In this document: positions 1 to 11,730 of the stretch, one piece after another | How the letters are laid out: every line of letters starts with the position of its first letter | Numbering within the stretch: the first letter of the stretch is position 1 | The notes under the pieces: model-generated | Database searches by the model: none | What the model was told of the DNA's origin: nothing | The model's input: only the letters and a program-made list of their open reading frames with translations | DNA from: Mytilus trossulus | Lineage: Eukaryota | Reading direction: 5' to 3' | Assembly (NCBI RefSeq): GCF_036588685.1 | Contig: NC_086376.1 | Span: 61,256,001-61,320,000 of the forward strand | Length of the DNA stretch: 64,000 nucleotides | Translations under genes and position numbers: made by a program

Positions 1-259
1 CGTTATTTTCATGATATTTTTGCGTGAAACAATCAAGAATTTTCCAAATATACAGTTGAAATTCACCCAAAGGAGTTTACTTGAAAAAATAAAACTAATT
101 TTAACGGTTATAACTGTCCTTTTCTATATTTAGATATTTCGCTTGTACATGGGAAACTCCACACTAAAATTTACGACAAAAACAAATGTTGTCAAAAACA
201 CTGTCTTAATAGTTGCAATTTAAGCAAATAATCTTTTTTGATATTTGGAAACTTTAAAT

Positions 260-1045
260 AAAATCTGTTTTAGATTTATAATTACTATCAATTTGTGCTA
301 GCTAAGGTGGTCTATGCCTTAGATAAGAAAATCCTATGTATTTCGATTAATTTATACTTTTGCATAAGATAATTTATAAAACTTAACATGTAATTGATAC
401 TCATATCAACAACGAAGTGCTGAATACTGGGCTATTGATACCCGCACGAACAAAACGTGCATAAGTAGTGGCATCGAATCAGTGGTGTAGATAGTTAATA
501 AAAGTACCAGGCTAATAATTTGATACGGCATGATGCGCGTTTCGTCTACATAAAGACTGGTCAGTGACGCTCAGAGCATAGGAATAAATAAAGGCAACAG
601 TAGTATACCGCTGTTCAAAACTCATAAATCCATGGACAAAAAACAAAATCGGGGTAACAAACCAAAACCGAGCGAAACGCATTAAATATAAGAGGAGAAC
701 AACGACACAACACCGAAACGCAACACACACAGAAACAGACCAATCATCAGACAAAATACCACGAGAATAACAAATGTAACATGAAAACCAAATACATGAA
801 TTTGGGATAGACAAGTACCGTGCCACGTCTTATCTCAATATCTCAAAAATAAGAGAAAACACAAACGACTCAACGTTAAAATGCAACACAAAGAGAAACG
901 AACAATATTATAACAATCACCATCTTCCTGACTTGGTACAGTAAGAACCAAACAAGTATAAAATTGAAGACTATTTAGGACCAATTTCCTAAAGTTACTG
1001 CTAAGGTAATCTAAACCTAGGATAAGAAAATCCTTAGTATTTAAG
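260..1045 (-). mobile_element. Degenerate retrozyme-type repeat with decayed hammerhead (525-570), split by another repeat at about 580-940
   Basis: Similar to the 20063-20460 and 44050-44496 units (gctaaggt..tcta..cct.gataagaaaatcct, gtagtggcatcga). The ribozyme core reads CTGACCA instead of CTGATGA on the minus strand. Confidence 0.75.
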
Positions 1046-1084
1046 TCTGCCTTTTATCTTGACTATATAAGAAAAATATTCACA

Positions 1085-1350
1085 GTGGGGGTTGTTTGAA
1101 AACAAAATTTACGACAAAAGAGATGTTTTCGGCTTCTAAATTGTGAACTGACCATTTCTATTTAGCAACATAACAGCAGTATCTGCATATTTAATTTTAT
1201 ATCTTTAAATATTCCAAGGTTTAAATTGCCTATCACAATTTCATAAAACAAATTTTTCGAAGTACTGTAGTTGCCATTTATTTTTCCTTCGACTATTTAA
1301 CGGACGCCAATACCAGGGTTGAACGTACTGGAATATATCCATCATAGATG
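1085..1350 (+). mobile_element. Decayed Penelope-like RT fragment
   Basis: aaaatttacgacaaaagagatg...ttgtgaactgaccatttcta.ttagcaaca matches 37215-37300 (KLYDKRDD..IVNFPFLSSNI region). Confidence 0.7.
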
Positions 1351-2148
1351 ACGATCTCGTCCGGTTCAATTGTTGATTCAACAATCCTATCCTCTATTCA
1401 CTGATTTTAACCTAAAGAATAGCACTTATCACAGAATTGTGCTTTTATGAGCAACATGGCTCATTTTGTTTGCTTCATGTTTCTTAATCTTTATTTTTTT
1501 TATATTTTGTTATTTGACCTTGTGTTTGTTTTTCGGTCTTTTGTTGGTTTTCGTGTTTCACAGTCTGTAGTTTTCTATATTTTGTTATGTGAACTGCTGG
1601 TTGTCTTTAAGACTCTTTTGTTCGGCAGTGACTTGGATGTCTTTTTGGTATCTTGCTCCTCCCTTCAAACGTTTTTTTTTTTTTTAGTTTTTTTTTAGAG
1701 TTTTTCCAGAATAAGCTTCAGATGAAACAAAGTATCAGAGTTTTCCTTATATATCACCACACCTTATTATACTTTAAGTTGTCATATGCAGCACTATTTG
1801 CATCATTGGACAAGCGATAACTTAACTTTCCTGATTAAATAGGTTAGTAATTCCGTTTTCAATTGGCTTTAAGATTTATTATTTGTTTTGTTTACCATGG
1901 AATCTGTTGTAAGCTTGAAGTTATATTTTTTAATATTTTTTTCTGTGGTGTCGACTGTTTTTTCTTTGACCTTAAATATTCCATGGTCTCTTTGAGTATT
2001 TTAGAACTAAATTGCTTATTATTTAAGAAGTTAACCAGAAAACACAAGAATCAATATTCTAAATTCAGTTTAATAAGAATAAATCATAACAATAAATATA
2101 ACAAATTTGTATAAAACTATTGACTTCTACTCAATGATACATGGATTT

Positions 2149-2615
2149 CTAATATGTTCCTTTTTTACCTGCAAAATAAACTAAAAAAGATTATTTCATA
2201 GAAATGTCATAGAATTTTTGTATAAATATTAATTAACATACGGTGGTGATTTTATATCCTATTGTTTAAAGCTGAAGCATAAAATACTTGATGTGCATAA
2301 ATATCTTCGTTTTACTTTTGTGTTAGTTCATTTCTGTTATAAATTGATGTCCTATATATACTATAGTCATTGACCACACAAGTCATTATGATAAATTATA
2401 AAATAGACATTTTACCAAAAAATAAAGGTTTTAATAGAAGATGTATATATAAAAAAGGTTAACCTCAATGAGATAAAGTAATGTTATCAATTAATTATTA
2501 ACAGTTGTAAAGTAGCATTATTGTCCAATCCGATGTTGTGTGAGATATTGTCATCTCTTAGTAATATGTGGTATTCCTATCTATCGTTTCATTGAGTATG
2601 GGGAAAGTCCCCTTA
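2149..2615 (-). pseudogene. Relic fifth paralog of the Gly-rich gene family: promoter, exon 1 and terminal exon with no main coding exon
   Basis: Terminal exon ctaatatgttccttttttac|ctg at 2149-2168 is identical to copies 1, 3 and 4. 2310-2615 aligns with the family exon 1 donor, TATA (cctatatatac), tgaccaca, aaatagacattt and ggttaacc.caatga blocks. Only about 150 bp separates the two exons. Confidence 0.7.
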
Positions 2616-3884
2616 TGTCTTAAACAATGTTTCATGTGGTGTTTTGCTATCGAGTTAAAATTCAATGGAGTTGTTTTACGATTTTTTTCTAATCTCCATG
2701 GTTCTGTTATTTGTACGTTTTCTTTCATATAATATTTTTTATAGTTATACGTATATGGACTTATGTTTCATAATTGCTGCATGATGACTTTTAAAAGAAT
2801 TTCAATGTGTGTAAAGTATCCTTTTTTAGATGGCACTGCATGGTTAAAAATTTATGGAGAGTAGGGTCGAGTATATCGTTAAGGTCATATATGACAGCAC
2901 TATCCACAATCAGGAATCTTATGTACAGTAGTTGTCGTTTGTTTATGTAATTTATACATGTTTCTCGTTTCTCGTTTTTTATGTAGATTAGACGGTTGGT
3001 TTTCCCGTTTGAAGGGTTTTACACGTGTAATTTTGGGGTCGTTTATACATTGTAGCTTTTTGTTCGGTGTGAGCCAATGCTCCGTGTTGAATGCCGTACA
3101 TTGACCTATAATGGTTTACTTTTATAAATTGTTATTTGGATGGAGAGTTGTCTCATTGGCACTCACACCACATCTTTCTATATCTATGCAGTTGGCATCA
3201 AAATGACACATAGATGACCCTATTATTAATACCTGTTTATTTATGATATGTTGCGTTCATAAATCGATTAAGAATGTACAGCTTTGGTTTAACTGAAATA
3301 TTGATACAATATTCATGACGTCCTTAAACTCATTTAGTGATTGCATTTCATTAAACTTAAATACAGTGACCTTAAAAACTGGAGACCACCGAAAGTAGAA
3401 TGTCTGCAACATAAATTGATTATTTTTTTTTATATACAATTACAGATAGAAGGCTTCAAACTAGATTATATAACTTAAGTACCGGGTTCAGCTTTCCTAC
3501 TGTCGACTTCCCACTTCATAACAGTAGCATGTCCTCTGTCATCTTAATTGATATTTTTCATATTATACTGACTTCTTTAACTTTAAATCTCAAAACTGTC
3601 AACCGGGTTAAGCGAAAGATCCATTGATTGACGCCGCATAAAGTGTAAAATCACCATGAATTGGTTGACGATACAATGCGTCTCTATTCTAATTGTATCC
3701 TATTGTATATATTTTGACATTTTGACTGTAAATTTGCACGGAGTATGACGGTTATTTACATATATATTTATATTGGAAATGGAAATGAGGAACATGTCAA
3801 ATAGACATCAACCCAACCAAAGAATAAAAAAACGGACGAAGGACACTGATTATATATATATAATTGCGGTTTTTATCCAACGCA

Positions 3885-4625
3885 ATCATGGGTTTGAACG
3901 TTGTCAAACTCATAAATCGCAAATAAAATGACAACGTCATGGATAAAAATGAAAAAGACAAACAGACAAACAGACAAACAAACAAACAGACAAACAATAT
4001 TACACATGACACAACATAGAAAACTAAAGAATAAGCAACACGAAGCCACCAAAAACGGGGTGCTCTCAGGTGTTCCAGAAGGGTAAGCAGATCCTGCTCC
4101 AGATGTTGCACCCGTCGGGTTGCTTATGTAATAACACATCCGGTAAATAGTCTAATTCGGTAGGTCATATACATGAAAGGGAAGGGGATTGTAGTTACGA
4201 CGTACTGAACATATCCGATATTATTTGTGAAACAGTTATTCCATAATGGTCAACCAACTCATGATGGCGTCCTTAAAATTTACGAAGGGATTATTGCAAC
4301 CTCATCATTTGGAACTCTTGGTTTAATAGCTTCCTTGTGAGCAGCAACCCTCTATCAAAAAAATCATGATAGGAAATGCAAGCACGGGAATATCGTATCA
4401 ATTGGGAGATATATACCCGTATGCAGGTGCTGCTGGAATGTTGGTACTTACAAATGGAAAGTTCTCAATTGGAAAGCTGAGATCATCTCTGTTGTCGTGA
4501 AGTATTGTTTTCAACCGACCCTCGTTATCAATTTCTAAATGTAAGTCAAGATATGAGACCGACTCAACTGTATTTGTTGTATCCGTTATCTCTAGTTCGA
4601 CGGGATAAAGGCGTTCCAAATAGCC
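3885..4625 (-). mobile_element. 5'-truncated Penelope-like retroelement copy (RT C-terminus and 3' UTR)
   Basis: Reverse complement of about 37100-37800. ORF 4398..4811 contains RLYPVELEITDTT..SYLDLHLEIDNEGRLKT; the copy is frameshifted. Confidence 0.9.
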
Positions 4626-6200
4626 ACCAACTAAGTATTTGATAACTATTTGATAACTATTTGCAGTCTTTGCGCCGTGTTTGGAAATTTTAAAATTGCA
4701 CCAGCGTCTCTGATGTTTGTTTAAACTGTTTTTATTTGTATAAATTTCAAGATTGCAATAACTAATTTTTATATAAAATTTATATTTTAGCAGCATTCCA
4801 GAGAGGGACATAAAAAGCTTCCCTTTAAGTGAATAATTTGTTGTTACTGCTTTACAAAAATACTGTTTACTTATAACTTTATATTTATTTAAGGTATGAC
4901 TTAGGAAAACGTTTTCTATTATAGCAGAATATTTGAAATAAGAAAAAAAGGCTTACCAAACCACTTAGTATGGCTTGCTCGGTCATCAAATATTCATGGT
5001 AGAGTCCTACTCTAGGCCAATATTCTCATATTATGTGTTTTCGAGATTCAAGATATTAACCATCAAAGGAGGTTAACCTATGAAATGTTCACTTCCTTTT
5101 CTACCTAGGTACAATATTTAGTAACGATGTAACCCCTTACTTCCAAAATATTCGTAAGATAGATGATATGTATTTTTATGACCCGCAATTTTTTTTTCTG
5201 GAATAAAAAGTAATATCCATTCTCTACAACTGTCAAATTCAAGGGAATATTTTTGTTTCGACCCTACATCGAATGCAACCGGATGTGACATGCAATTTGG
5301 TGTTACACCTTTTCCATTCGTTACATTTGTTGATATAGTCTTACGTTTAATTTTGTCAGTATTTATTGAGTTCCCATGTTTTATATTGAAGTTTGATTTT
5401 TTATTAATACTTTTTTCATATATATACTATCTGGAAGACTTTAAAGGTCGTTGTGCAAGTAAATATATCTAGCATTCAACATGATAATAATGAATCTTGG
5501 CTCTTCTGAAAGAGAATTATCACGGATTAACATGTTGAAAAGGCTGAAGAATCAGAGCTACACATAAAACGTTTAATTGTTGATTCTATTAATATACATA
5601 TAAATAACGTCTTATTGTCATTGAATTGTCATTATTTATGACAGTTATCTTCGTAATTTCTTTTACTTATATGAAATATTTCTGTTTTTATAAAAGAGTA
5701 GTCTATATACCAATTCATCTCGCCATTGTGTTTTTGGGTTATTTTCGTTTTTGTATTAAAATGTCTATATGCTTTTTCGTGCTTCTTTGTTTCATTTTTG
5801 TTTGTTTTTATAGTGGTTAAGATTATAACTCAAAACTGATAGCTGTACCTCTATCTTTGACATTTTTACCTTTAATGTATTATTTTTGTTTGATTTGTTC
5901 ACTCATCGTTGAAAGGATAAGGATATTTCACTCTTATACATACAAATGAGAGGTTTAGGTGGCTATAAAACAAGGTTAAACCCTATATATTCTACATAAG
6001 AAATGCCTGTACCTAGTCAGGCATATGCCATTTGTTATCCATTGGTTTAATGTGTTTGAACTTCAGAAAACAGGAGTTGCATGAAACAATTAAGTACAAT
6101 GAATCCTTTTTAATATACATTTAATATTTATAAACCATTATAAACAAAATAAACAAATTTGTAGAAAATCTCCATCAATTCTTCATTGTCTCCTCCGATT

Positions 6201-7726
6201 CTAATATGTTCCTTTTTTACCTGAAAGGATAAACGATGTTGTTATAATAATTTGGGTGCATTGTATAATAGAAGAAAGAGTTGTGAATAAAGTTCATATT
6301 CTCCAAGTAACTAGTTTGATGTACATTCTACTAAAATTGATCAATCCGCCAGGTTTTTTTTATATTTATTTATGTACCCTCCGGTTGTTTATAAATATTT
6401 ATTCCTCCGTGTATCTCCTTCTTTGTTTTGTTATTATGCTGTGTCAAGTTTTTATAATTTTTGATTCAGAGAATAAGTATTTTAATTAATATAAATTACT
6501 TTAAAAATAGAATACAATGCACTAGGAATAAGAATATAAATCTTTACAACAAAAAGGATATGTCCTTTCATTTTGTATGAAACTCCCTCTCAAATCACAA
6601 TTTGGCAATAATAGTTATTATATAATATTTACAAAATTGTCCATTTATTTTATTTAGTGGTGTTAGATTACTTACCTCTAAATTTACCAAAACTGCCACT
6701 GTGAACGTTTCTTCTATTTATGAGTCCACCATTGACGTTAATACCAAAACCATTCAAACCACCAATACCATGTGATCCTAAACCATTCATACCACTATAT
6801 GATCCAAAACCATTCAAACCACCATATGATCCTAAACCATTCATACCACTATATGATCCAAAACCATTCAAACCACCATATGATCCAAAACCATTCAAAC
6901 CACCATATGATCCTAAACCATTCATACCACTATATGATCCAAAACCATTCAAACCACCATATGATCCAAAACCATTCAAACCACCATATGATCCTAAACC
7001 ATTCATACCACTATATGATCCAAAACCATTCAAACCACCATATGATCCAAAACCATTCAAACCACCATATGATCCAAAACCATTCAAACCACCATATGAT
7101 CCAAAACCATTCAAACCACCAATACCATATGATCCAAAACCATTCAAACCACCATATGATCCAAAACCATTCAAACCACCAATACCATATGATCCAAAAC
7201 CATTCAAACCACCATATGATCCAAAACCATTCAAACTACCAATACCTCCAATACCATATGATCCGTGGTTATTAACACCGTATGCCCCATTAAAACCATA
7301 TGATCCATACACATTTCCTCCAAGTCCTTGTCCGTATCCATAACCCATGAAAGGTCCAATAACTTTGCCGTAAACACCGTTATAACCATAACCACCTAAT
7401 CCATTTAAACCCCTTCCGTTCATGAACCCGTATCCAGGATATCCACTTTGTATATTATATCCATTGTATCCAGAATAACCACCAATGTTTAACGGTGAAC
7501 CGTTACCATACGCGTTGTTGGAAAATCCTCCAGATCCATAACCTAATCTGCCATAAGACGGATATCCGAAGCCACCATTTCCTTGAAATCGAATACTTCC
7601 AATATTACCTGGTCCGAATGGGTTTCCATATGTTTTCAGGTTATATTTGGGACTATATCCTTTCTCTCCGGCCTCGGATGCCACGAGTCCAAAAAGGGCT
7701 AAACCGATCAATAATATTGGTGTCAT
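6201..7726 (-). CDS. Secreted Gly/Tyr/Asn-rich repetitive structural protein, copy 1 (about 356 aa); coding exons 7726-6676 and 6220-6201
   Basis: Signal peptide MTPILLIGLALFGLVASEA and GGLNGFGSY repeats. Donor AGAG|gtaagt at 6676/6675 and acceptor tttcag|GTAAAAAAGGAACATATTAG give ...GKFRGKKGTY*. The acceptor tttcag lies 11 nt before the ATG (exon starts 7737). Confidence 0.9.
6760..7262 (-). repeat. Coding tandem repeat, 27-bp unit (GGLNGFGSY / SGMNGLGSY) with an 81-bp higher-order period
   Basis: ccatatgatccaaaaccattcaaacca repeats directly; the variant ctatatgat..cctaaaccattcatacca recurs roughly every third unit. Confidence 0.95.
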
Positions 7727-8009
7727 GTTTAGTGGTTCTGAAACGATATTCCATTATAATTAACTAATAATAATTTATGTGAAAATTCAAAACATTGACT
7801 TATCAGAACGACAGAACATATAAAGAAAAAAAATAATTGCAAAGATTTAAGACGTAAGTAAAATGAAATGTAAGTTGAATCTATATTAAAAAAGGTCAAA
7901 CTTATCCTGGCGTTTTAAGTTCCTGAAATTTATTTAAAAAGAAAGTAATGCTAAATATATCAAATATGAAAAACATATTTTTTCAAACAAACACAAAACA
8001 TACATTTAA

Positions 8010-11000
8010 GGGGGTACCCAACACTATACCCCAAAAAATTCCTGTCGTTTAATTTTTCTTAATTTTTTTTCATTGATAAACTAGGCCAACCTTAACATCT
8101 TGTAAAAATTTTAAAAGATTTAAACCATAGGTTTAAAAGATTTGGCAATTCAAATATGGCATCTTTTACATACTAGTATCAGCCAAAATTGGAAGTTTCT
8201 GAAATATGGGTATAGGGTTGAATTTGTTAAAAAAAAAAAATTTAATCCGAAATTGACAATAGCATAGCTAATAATGATAGCTGAGGAGAATATTAGTTCA
8301 CTGATACCCCCTTCTTGTAAGTTTTTTACTCCGGTTAAAAAAAATTGCCAAAACTTTACTAGGGGGTATCAGAATCAGCCCTGAAAAGTGAATGCTGTGC
8401 TTCTAGTATTTGAAAAAGAATTTTTTTTGGAAAAAAAATTGTGTCGTTTATTTTTTTCATATAACTAAGCATTTGGAGTGCTATACTAGTTGGTTGTTCT
8501 TGCAAATTTTTTTTAAAATTTAACCGTTAGAATTTTTGGAATTTGAGTTTAAATTAGGCCCAACCCTCAAATTGGTTCATTAAATAAGAGCAAAATCTAC
8601 TCAAAAAGTACATAATGGCCATAATTTTGTTTGTCTTTTGAACTAGGCCTTAGCTATTTGGCATGTGGATGTATCATCACAGGGTTAAGTGTCTTGCATC
8701 ATGATGACCTTTGTGTGACCTTCAAATGTGACCTCAATGTCAACTTTATGGGTGTTTTTCCGTGAAAAACTCAACCATGTAGGCCATCACTTCTTTGCCT
8801 TTTGACCTAGGCCTTACATCTTTGGCATGTGGATGTATCACCATGAGGTGGTGTGCCTTCTTAAAATTTTGACCTTTATATGACCTTGAACTTTGACCTC
8901 AAGGACGATAATTGTGTTTTTTTTTGGTAAGAAACACTTGTCCAGGCCATGACTTTCATGTATTTATGAATTCATATTTATTTTAAAAAATCATATAACA
9001 AAAGCTTTAATCAACCATACAACAATATAGACACATTTTATGACATTTCAAGCCATTCAATGCACATGGAATACAAAATGGACATGTAGTCACATACAAT
9101 TGTTTGAAAAGGGAATCGTTTCTATTGAAGCACAGTGTACGTTCTTAAATACCCAACAGACAGGAGTGAAAACTTTCTAGGAATCAAACAATAGGAGGAG
9201 TTATGCCAAATAACTATATACCAATAAAGGGAGGGACGGACAGGGGTACCCCCCCCCCAAACCTACAATCAGTTGCAGGGGGGACAAAAGGATGTAATTG
9301 ATTTTTGTTGTGAGATAATAGCTGTTAAAATTAAAAGCATGACACACCAAAAATACACATGATACATATGCAAAAGCTTTAAAGTTGGCAGATGCTTTAC
9401 ATGATCAAGATTTCAATTTATTGGTCTTTTAGCCAGATTCAAAAATATACGTTCAAAATATAACGTCAAAACCATTGGTCCAAAGAATTACGGCTTCAGT
9501 ATGAGAGATGAAATAGAGCTGACTGTGCAAAATCCTTATACTGTTAAATCAAGTTTGTTAAACATAGACCTTTTTTTAGTATTTCTGCTAATGTTTATAA
9601 ATATGACAATTAAATACAACAGATTTCTAGTTAAAAGCACGGCAGTTACAAGTTTCACATTATTTTGGGCCCCTTATTATGATTGAGAATGATTACTCTA
9701 TTCGGTAATAATCTTAAATTTAGACTTGAAAATATACATTTTCACATATATATATATAATTGTCACTTGCAACAACACCACACTTTCTTTTTTATATTTA
9801 TTTCAAAATTGCATTTGATTAAAAAAATCGGAAAGATACACAAACATGATAATGGAACAACAAAAGAAAATAACAAATTTTGCTATCCCTTCGGAATTGA
9901 AATTTGATAAAGCGAAAATAACATGTTCTATTTATATCATTCATGTGTAGTTTCAGTTTCAACTATGATTCTAAATATAGACTTTACTTTCCCTAAAATT
10001 GCGGACGGAATAGAAGACACCCATTAATTTTCTACACATGTCAAGATATTAAAGGTTGGAAAAAGCTACTAGAAAGATATAGTTATTTTTTTATTCAGAT
10101 GAATATAGAAAGCAAAAATATGTGTAGTGTTTTTTGGACTGAATGAGATGTTTTTTTCTTCTTTTCCCTTGTTCCGTGACATGTTAATGATACACTGGTG
10201 GTTGAGCTAGTTTCCCTCTGGTTATCTTCGAACTTTTTACATGAATATAAATCATTCAATAATATATTCAATTGCACTTTAAATAATATGACAGCTATTA
10301 TAAAATCATGAATTATTCGTAATCTTTTTAACATTACTACATGTATTACTAAGGCCATAGAAAAATACTATAGTTTCGTTTAACAATAGTCCAAACTACA
10401 GAAGGCGTCCCAGAAAAAAAATTAAGATAGCCTTGCCAGACGTCTTAATTATTTGGACTAGTTTAACAAAAAAAAAAGTTTGAGAAGTCAATTCAGTTTT
10501 GATTTAATCAATTTGATATAAAGAAGATCTATGAACATAAGCATTGTGTAATTGTCCAGGGATTCTTATTTATTTGGTCAAAATTTTATTGTCGGAGGGA
10601 GCTACCATTTGAGAGAAGGGTAGGAGGGGTCCTTGTCCCGAAATCCCGGCTTAAAAACACGAAATCCCGAGATCCGAATTTAGATAAATTTAAATCCTGA
10701 CATCCCGCGAAAGGGTCAATCCTTAAATCTTGACAATAGAAACAGTCGATCCCGGAGTCCCGATAAAGGTCCTATCCACACTCATTTGAGGAGGGGGCTA
10801 GATGAAACTTGAAAAAGGCAAGACAGGCTTTGGAACAAACAAAGGCAGGATCAGTAATTTAGCATAACAGGATGACAATTTATGAAAACAATTTCAGTAA
10901 ACTAATGAAAATCACAGGTCTGTAAAGAATGAAAAATAAAAAAATGCAGGCCGATAATATAATGATGAGTTCATGCAACTATAAAAAAAAATGCAGGACA

Positions 11001-11427
11001 AAGTTTTTTAAATCCTAGCCCTCCCCTCTTAAAATCAAATGGTAGCATCCTTAGACTTTTTACACTTTATTACATTTTATTAAAGTCCTACATGTAGGCA
11101 TTGCCAAGTAAAAAACGAAAACAGTTATGGTCCCTTCTCTTTCTGTTTCCCTCCTTTTCAAACGTCCTTGTTTTCTTTTGGTTAATTTATTTCACTTTGA
11201 AATTTCCCTATTAGGTCTCATTGAAGGTTCATTTATTGAAAATAATTAACTTTAAATTCTTTTTAAGGATTAAATGAATAACAAAGGGTGTACAGCTGGT
11301 CTTAGCAATAATGTAAACATTCTGATCATGATCTTTTAAAAGCTTGCATATTGCACATAATTTTAAAACGCAACAATGAATCAGACTATGAGTAAGAGTT
11401 ATCTTTTCTGAGGTGTTCTGTACCCCC
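8010..11427. mobile_element. Non-autonomous TIR DNA transposon with TTAA target duplication (Kolobok-like) in intron 1 of copy 1
   Basis: TTAA|GGGGGTACccAACAC ... GTGTTctGTACCCCC|TTAA. The paralogous intron in copy 2 (29771-29790) shows the empty site. Confidence 0.85.
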
Positions 11428-11449
11428 TTAAAGTATAGCAACTGCTTAC

Positions 11450-11730
11450 CTTTGTGTCGTTCTGTGATGGCGGGTTCCTTGTGGTACTCTGTGATCGTTG
11501 TCCTTTAAATACCATACTTACTGACCAAACATTTGTAATAATCTGTTATAGAATAGACATTTGACAATGATAAAAGTGTGTCTATTTAAACATGATCGAA
11601 AATATAGCCATCAATTATGTGTTTCTATTGTTTTACTTGCTGTAATCATCGTGGTTTGTGGAGTTTCACCTATCAATAAAATTTAATTTATACTACATGT
11701 GTAATTTAGTTTTAAGGGAAATTCTTCATT
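11450..11730 (-). promoter_or_regulatory. Non-coding exon 1 (donor at 11450) and promoter of copy 1
   Basis: caaag|gtaagc donor; TATTTAAA at 11504-11511; the block is conserved upstream of all paralogs. Confidence 0.75.

Noticed and set aside
6772-7275. His-rich antisense ORF (NHHMIQNHS), also at 41041 and 49847
   Set aside because: A frame-shifted shadow of the same 27-bp repeat.
6720-7343. Antisense ORF with PYDPKPFKP repeats, superficially like extensin or mussel foot protein 1
   Set aside because: It is the mirror of Gly/Asn/Phe/Tyr codons on the real strand. It has no signal peptide, splice sites or promoter, and is not kept as an equivalent ORF in the paralogs.
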